Source: Thermodesulfobacteriota bacterium (GTDB taxonomy: Bacteria > Desulfobacterota_D > UBA1144 > Nemesobacterales > Nemesobacteraceae). Taken from it: a DNA stretch of 64,000 nt. The position numbers and the translations under genes were made by a program. Location of the stretch: contig OZ242294.1 of assembly GCA_965207685.1 (NCBI GenBank), positions 1,027,896 through 1,091,895 of the forward strand. The letters are read 5' to 3'. A model generated the notes under the pieces. It searched no databases, was not told the DNA's origin, and saw only the letters and a list, made by a program, of their open reading frames with translations. Below are positions 59,310 to 64,000 of this stretch, in pieces. Every line of letters begins with the position of its first letter. Position 1 is the stretch's first letter.

Positions 59310-59528
59310 AACAACAACCTCGAGGAACTGCTCTAAATTTCCCTTCCACAGCATTGCGGGTAACGGACAACTGGATATATGACATGAAAATTGTCTTTAT
59401 GATAAACTCCGTACTAAATGATGTAATGGTTGAACGGAGCCGGAATACCAAATCTAGAACAAACCATCGTCAATGCTGTTTTGGCAGACCGTGTGCCGGG
59501 CGGGTGAAAACCAGAAGCTGAACACAAG

Positions 59529-60272
59529 ATGAAATATCCTAGAATAATTATCTACACAATATGCCTCTGTTTGCTTGTCTTGTTATCGTCAGCGCCAGCA
59601 GTAGCGCAGATTTGGAACGCGTTCAATGTCCAGTTGCTCTATGGTACGGACTTCAAACTGGAGCGAGAGAAAGCGGAAACCCTCACCCTGGAATGGATTA
59701 ACGGATGGACCTATGGTGATAATTTTGCCTTTGTGGATATCCGACCATTGAGAGGTAACAGTTCATTCTATGGGGAGTGGTCACCCCGTCTGAGCTTCTC
59801 CAAAATAAGCGGCAAAGCTTTTTCCGCGGGGCCGGTGGAAGATGTACTTCTGTCCGGCACCTTGGAAAAGGGAGAAGGCTTTACCAACTATCTCATTGGC
59901 GCCGCGGTGGATCTTGATGTGCCCGGGTTTAATTTCGTCCAGACAAACGGCTATTTAAGGGAAAATCCGGACCTTCCCGGAACAACTTGGCAGGTAACAG
60001 TGGTTTGGAATGCGACCTTCGAAACGGGGCCGGCGCACTGGATTTTTAATGGCTACTTCGACTGGACCGGCTCAGAGGGTGAGGCTGGAACATCCGCCCA
60101 TGAAAAACAAAACTTTCTTATGCAGCCTCAGCTCCTGCTGGATGTGGGTCGTCTGGTGAAACGGCAGGAGCGGGTATATGTCGGTATTGAGTGGTGGTAT
60201 TGGCACAACAAGTTTGGCATCCCGGGGGTCGAGGAATCAGTTGTTCAGGCAATGATAAGGGTGGATTTATAG
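59529..60272 (+). CDS. Outer-membrane beta-barrel protein, Tsx/OmpK nucleoside-channel-family-like
   Basis: Signal peptide MKYPRIIIYTICLCLLVLLSSAPAVA and alternating amphipathic beta-strands. Recalled Tsx blocks loosely match (WINGWTYGDNFAFVDI, NGYFDWTGSEGE, GIEWWYWHNKFG). Confidence 0.45.
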   Translation: MKYPRIIIYTICLCLLVLLSSAPAVAQIWNAFNVQLLYGTDFKLEREKAETLTLEWINGWTYGDNFAFVDIRPLRGNSSFYGEWSPRLSFSKISGKAFSAGPVEDVLLSGTLEKGEGFTNYLIGAAVDLDVPGFNFVQTNGYLRENPDLPGTTWQVTVVWNATFETGPAHWIFNGYFDWTGSEGEAGTSAHEKQNFLMQPQLLLDVGRLVKRQERVYVGIEWWYWHNKFGIPGVEESVVQAMIRVDL

Positions 60273-60435
60273 CTTATATCCGTTGCCAGGTACAGCAGGA
60301 AGATCGTCGGCTGCGGGCAATCCGCGGGAATCAGGCGCGTGGAGCTTTGCCCGCGGCATCTTTTCCATTATAATCGATAGTTGATCGCAGGTTCGCCGTT
60401 TGGTTCTGCGGTTCCACACAACCCCGGAATAAGGC

Positions 60436-62085
60436 ATGAAAAACCTCTTTTCCCCCGCAGGGGCACAGCCTCTTTTTTCGTTTTCCGACGCAGAGGGCTT
60501 TTTCGGCCTCATGGTGGACAATCTAGTCCAGTACGTTCTGATTATGATACTGCTCACCGGTCTTGTGGGCCTGCAAAGAGAGTTTGTCCTCTCCTCGGTC
60601 CTCCCTGCCATAGCGATATCGCTTATTATCGGCAACCTCTACTACGCCTGGCTCGCGCAGCGACTCTCGGCGGCCACAGGAAGAAAAGACGTAACGGCGC
60701 TTCCCTACGGGGTAAACACGATTTCTCTGTTCGCCTTCATCTTTCTGGTCATGATCCCGGCGAAGCTAGTGGCCGAGAGCCAAGGAGCTTCGCCCCAAGA
60801 AGCCGCCCTTGTGGCTTGGCGCGTCGGGGTAGCGGCATGCTTTCTCTCCGGAGTTATTGAACTCGCGGGATCCCTAGTAGCCGAGAGGATCAGAAAGGCG
60901 ACTCCGCGCGCCGCGCTGCTCACTTCCCTTGCCGGAATAGCCGTAGCGTTTCTCTGTATGGACTTTGCTGCAAGATGCTTCGCCCATCCTCTGGTCGGCC
61001 TGCTCTCTCTGGGAGTGCTGCTGTTCGCTCTGCTCTCAAAAACCAGGCTTCCGCTTGGAATTCCGGGAGTCGGCCTAGCGCTCGCCCTGGGAATATTCGC
61101 CGCGTGGCTTCTCTTCGCGGCGGGATTCGCAGCGGAAACGACGGTGTCGGGACCTGCAGTGAACCGAGCTCTTGGCGACGTGGGACTCTATCTCCCCGTT
61201 CCGGTTCTGGGCGATCTAGTAGCCGGGCTTTCGGATCCCCTCGTGCGCTCGGTGTTGATTCCAGTCGTGCTTCCTATGGGTCTTTACAATATTCTCGGCT
61301 CCCTTCAGAACATAGAGTCCGCCGAGGCCGCGGGAGACCCCTATCCTACTAGGCCGTGTCTTGCGGTTAACGGCGTGGGATCGATAGCCGCGTCACTTTT
61401 CGGGTCGTGCTTTCCAACAACCATATATATAGGACATCCGGGATGGAAGGAGATGGGGGCTAAAGGAGGCTATTCGGTAATAAACGGAATTTTCTTCGCC
61501 GTGGTGTCGCTTGTCGGCCTGGGTTCCCTGGTCTCGGCGCTGGTGCCGATTGAGGCCGCCGGAGTAATACTTGTATGGATAGGCCTCGTGATGACATCCC
61601 AGGCGTTTCAGACCACTCCCCGCTCCCATGCTCCCGCCGTGGCCCTGGGACTGATACCCGCGCTTGCGGCGTGGGGAACGGTGGTGGTTTCCCAGACCGT
61701 CTCGGCGGTGGGAATCGCTATCTCGGACGGTTCGGTGGCCACGCGCGCGTTTGAGAATCTCAATGCGTTTGTCCTCTCGGGTCTTCAACTGCCAGGACTG
61801 GTAGCGCTTTCCCAAGGATTCATGCTTTCGTCGGTGGTCTGGGCCGCAACAGCCGTCTGCCTCGTTGAGCGCAGGCTCAACCAGGCGGCAGCGTGGGTGG
61901 GAGTGGGAGCCGTGATGGCGTTTTTCGGCTTCATACACGCGGGAGATATCTCGGTTGAAGGAAATCTCTATTCTCTTGGTTTCGGAACGGGAGCCAAGTG
62001 GGCAGTAGGATATGCTCTTTCGGCCGCCTTTCTCCTTATTGTCTCCCACGTTAACCGCAAAAGCGACGGAGGCGCGGCAGGTTGA
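60436..62085 (+). CDS. NCS2-family nucleobase permease (AzgA/PurP-like putative adenine/guanine/hypoxanthine transporter)
   Basis: 549 aa with 12-14 TM helices and AzgA-like blocks (TALPYGVNTISLFAFIF, IYIGHPGWKEMGAKGGYS). Confidence 0.5.
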   Translation: MKNLFSPAGAQPLFSFSDAEGFFGLMVDNLVQYVLIMILLTGLVGLQREFVLSSVLPAIAISLIIGNLYYAWLAQRLSAATGRKDVTALPYGVNTISLFAFIFLVMIPAKLVAESQGASPQEAALVAWRVGVAACFLSGVIELAGSLVAERIRKATPRAALLTSLAGIAVAFLCMDFAARCFAHPLVGLLSLGVLLFALLSKTRLPLGIPGVGLALALGIFAAWLLFAAGFAAETTVSGPAVNRALGDVGLYLPVPVLGDLVAGLSDPLVRSVLIPVVLPMGLYNILGSLQNIESAEAAGDPYPTRPCLAVNGVGSIAASLFGSCFPTTIYIGHPGWKEMGAKGGYSVINGIFFAVVSLVGLGSLVSALVPIEAAGVILVWIGLVMTSQAFQTTPRSHAPAVALGLIPALAAWGTVVVSQTVSAVGIAISDGSVATRAFENLNAFVLSGLQLPGLVALSQGFMLSSVVWAATAVCLVERRLNQAAAWVGVGAVMAFFGFIHAGDISVEGNLYSLGFGTGAKWAVGYALSAAFLLIVSHVNRKSDGGAAG

Positions 62086-62759
62086 CCGATAGAGACGACT
62101 CCCGAAGAATACGGAATTTCTACTCCGCCCTTTACGGGAGATACGGCCCGCAGAACTGGTGGCCCGCCCGGACGAGGATTGAGTGCGCGACGGGAGCCAT
62201 ACTCACTCAGAACACCTCCTGGAAAAATGTGGAAAAAGCCATAGAGGCGCTCAGGGAAAATTCCATGCTTTCTGCGGAAAAGTTAAAAGCGGCGTCGCAC
62301 GAGCGCCTCGCCGCCCTGATACGCCCCTGCGGGTATCACAACTTAAAAGCCAAGAGGCTTAAAAATTTCATCGACTTTCTGTTTGCGGGTTACGGAGGAG
62401 AAATGGAGAACATGCTGGCTGAGAACACCGACAGGCTCAGGGAAAAGCTGCTCTCGGTAAACGGCATCGGCGAAGAGACGGCTGACTCAATACTGCTCTA
62501 CGCACTCGGCAAACCCGTCTTCGTGGTTGATAACTACTCCCGGAGAATTCTCCGCCGCCACCGCCTGATCCCCGAGGGAGCAAGTTACTCGGAAATGCAG
62601 AAACTTTTTGTGCGGAGCCTTTCTCTCGACGCGGAAGTTTTCGGAGAATACCACGCGCTCATAGTGAAAACGGGAAAACTTCACTGCCGGAAGAGAGCCC
62701 ACTGCGAAGGCTGCCCGCTTGAGCATGACCCGCACGACTCCGGCATAGATTCGTTCTAG
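62082..62759 (+). CDS. Endonuclease III-domain (HhH-GPD superfamily) DNA glycosylase
   Basis: HhH-GPD segment LLSVNGIGEETADSILLYAL, followed by a Cys cluster CRKRAHCEGC. A 4-nt overlap (ATGA) with the permease gene. Confidence 0.65.
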   Translation: MTDRDDSRRIRNFYSALYGRYGPQNWWPARTRIECATGAILTQNTSWKNVEKAIEALRENSMLSAEKLKAASHERLAALIRPCGYHNLKAKRLKNFIDFLFAGYGGEMENMLAENTDRLREKLLSVNGIGEETADSILLYALGKPVFVVDNYSRRILRRHRLIPEGASYSEMQKLFVRSLSLDAEVFGEYHALIVKTGKLHCRKRAHCEGCPLEHDPHDSGIDSF

Positions 62760-62775
62760 CCAGAAAATGAAAGAT

Positions 62776-62789
62776 GCCCCGGTCGGGGC
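62776..62789. terminator. Short GC hairpin (GCCCCggtcGGGGC) between convergent genes, a possible bidirectional terminator
   Basis: It sits between the EndoIII-like gene (end 62759) and rplT (end 62795). A T6 run follows on the plus strand at 62801-62806. Confidence 0.35.
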
Positions 62790-62794
62790 GAAAA

Positions 62795-63148
62795 TCAGCC
62801 TTTTTTCGAGGTCGCGAACTCCACCACAGCCTTGAAGCTCTCCGGATTTCTTACGGCAAGCTCAGAGAGGCTTTTTCGGTCAAGCTCGACCCCCGATTTC
62901 TTGAGCGCGTCGATGAACCTGCTGTAGGAAAGGCCGAAGGGTCTTACGCCGGCATTTATCCTCATGATCCAAAGAGCCCTGAAATCCCTTTTTCTGCGGC
63001 GCCGGTCCCTGTAGGAATAGGCAAGCGCCCTGAGTATGGTTTCCTTCGCCCTTCTGAAATTGTTCTTTCTTCTACCCCAGTACCCCTTGGCAAGCTTAAG
63101 AACTCTTTTTTTCCGTCTCCTGGAAGTGACTCCTCTTTTTATGCGCAT
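62795..63148 (-). CDS. rplT: 50S ribosomal protein L20
   Basis: [29 protein letters not shown]... is the canonical L20. Confidence 0.95.
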   Translation of the reverse strand: MRIKRGVTSRRRKKRVLKLAKGYWGRRKNNFRRAKETILRALAYSYRDRRRRKRDFRALWIMRINAGVRPFGLSYSRFIDALKKSGVELDRKSLSELAVRNPESFKAVVEFATSKKG

Positions 63149-63171
63149 CGGTATTCTCCGTCTGTATCAGC

Positions 63172-63369
63172 TCACAGGTAAGGGACGTAGGTCTTGATCT
63201 TCTTGGCGGCGGAACCTTCCATGAAATCCGGTTCCAGCAGTCTCCGCATCCTCTTTGAGCTTTTCTTTACGTTTATGTGGCTTTTGCCACCCTTGTTTCT
63301 TCTTATTTTCCCGCTTCCCGTAACGGAAAATCTCTTGGCCGCGCTGCGGTTCGTTTTCATCTTAGGCAT
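63172..63369 (-). CDS. rpmI: 50S ribosomal protein L35
   Basis: [31 protein letters not shown] is the canonical L35. Confidence 0.95.
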   Translation of the reverse strand: MPKMKTNRSAAKRFSVTGSGKIRRNKGGKSHINVKKSSKRMRRLLEPDFMEGSAAKKIKTYVPYL

Positions 63370-63381
63370 CTTGTAAATCCC

Positions 63382-63921
63382 TCACTGTTTTTTTGTCGGC
63401 ACAAGAATCATTATCAGATTCTTGCCCTCTATTTTGGGCTGCATGTCCACCGAGGCCACATCGGACAGTTTTTTGCGAACATCCTCGGCGAGTTCGCGAC
63501 CGAGCTCCGGATGAACTATTTCCCTGCCCCTGAAAAATATCCTCATCCTTGTTTTGTGACCCGACTCAAGAAAACCCCTCATCCGGTTTACCTTGACTTC
63601 AAGGTCGTGTTCCCCTATATTGGGTCGAAATTTTATCTCCTTTACCGTCTGGTCTTTCTGTTTTTTCGCGCTCCGTTGTTTTCTAAGTTCGTACTTGAAC
63701 TTCCCGTAATCCATAAGCCTGCATACGGGCGGGGTGGCGTTTGATGCGACCTCGACCAGATCGACTTCCTTTTCCTCCGAAATCCGCAAGGCGTCTTCAA
63801 TGCTTACGACTCCCAGCTGCTCACCTTCGACATCTATGAGCCTGACCTCCTTTGCGGTAATCCTCCTGTTAACGCGAGTCTCAGGAACGCGGGCCCTGGA
63901 ATTGCTTCTCCTTCTAGCTAT
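63382..63921 (-). CDS. infC: Translation initiation factor IF-3 (non-AUG start)
   Basis: The ORF-track fragment (63382-63789) lacks the N-domain. Extending the frame upstream gives ...ARRRSNSRARVPETRVNRRITAKEVRLIDVEGEQLGVVSIEDAL..., the IF-3 N-terminal signature. An ATA codon at 63919-63921 is preceded by GGAGG with 7-nt spacing. infC typically initiates at AUU/AUA. Confidence 0.8.
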   Translation of the reverse strand: MARRRSNSRARVPETRVNRRITAKEVRLIDVEGEQLGVVSIEDALRISEEKEVDLVEVASNATPPVCRLMDYGKFKYELRKQRSAKKQKDQTVKEIKFRPNIGEHDLEVKVNRMRGFLESGHKTRMRIFFRGREIVHPELGRELAEDVRKKLSDVASVDMQPKIEGKNLIMILVPTKKQ

Positions 63922-64000
63922 GCCTTTACCTCCATCCAGCTGTAGGGATCGTTCTCCTCAGCGACGATTTCGATGAAATCATCCACGGGCAACGCCTCCA

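Noticed and set aside
63277-63976. Plus-strand ORFs 63277-63744 and 63734-63976
   Set aside because: They are antisense to rpmI/infC, which have unmistakable ribosomal-protein and IF-3 sequences.

Overview
This 64-kb window looks like bacterial chromosome (core genes roughly 50-53% GC by eye). I found no rRNA, tRNA or CRISPR array. Core genes, in order: a partial SAM-dependent methyltransferase, polA, a PBP4-type DD-peptidase, rsmA, ftsB, an MBL-fold hydrolase, acyP, thrC, a membrane glycosyltransferase-like protein, pyrE, a PiT phosphate transporter, cysH, an LLM oxidoreductase, a thiolase plus DUF35 pair, a Rieske-sufD-sufC-sufB-Rrf2 operon, a c-type cytochrome, an isolated nuoJKL block, nth, two tandem acetoacetate-decarboxylase-family paralogs, an AmiS/UreI-like protein, a large S41 protease, a lone oppB-like permease, truA, an FAH-family hydrolase, leuB, mfd, a SurA-like PPIase, gcvP/gcvH/gcvT, a Tsx-like porin, an NCS2 nucleobase permease, an EndoIII-like glycosylase, and rplT-rpmI-infC. 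Three accessory elements stand out. (1) An approximately 11-kb defence island (5.49-16.5 kb), all on the minus strand and partly AT-rich, sits between rsmA and ftsB. It contains a GHKL-ATPase/PD-(D/E)xK fusion translationally coupled to a C5-methyltransferase, an EcoRII-family restriction endonuclease, vsr, a second C5-methyltransferase, an HNH nuclease, and a tightly coupled four-gene module (a small gene, a second unrelated GHKL ATPase, and two proteins with no recognisable domains). That module is flanked by a 13-bp direct repeat and is the best candidate for an undescribed defence system. (2) An AbiEi/AbiEii abortive-infection pair lies in an AT-rich insert between truA and the FAH gene (45.1-46.9 kb). 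(3) A GC-rich IS element (about 57.92-59.31 kb) with a DDE transposase and structured terminal inverted repeats is inserted about 60 bp upstream of gcvT.
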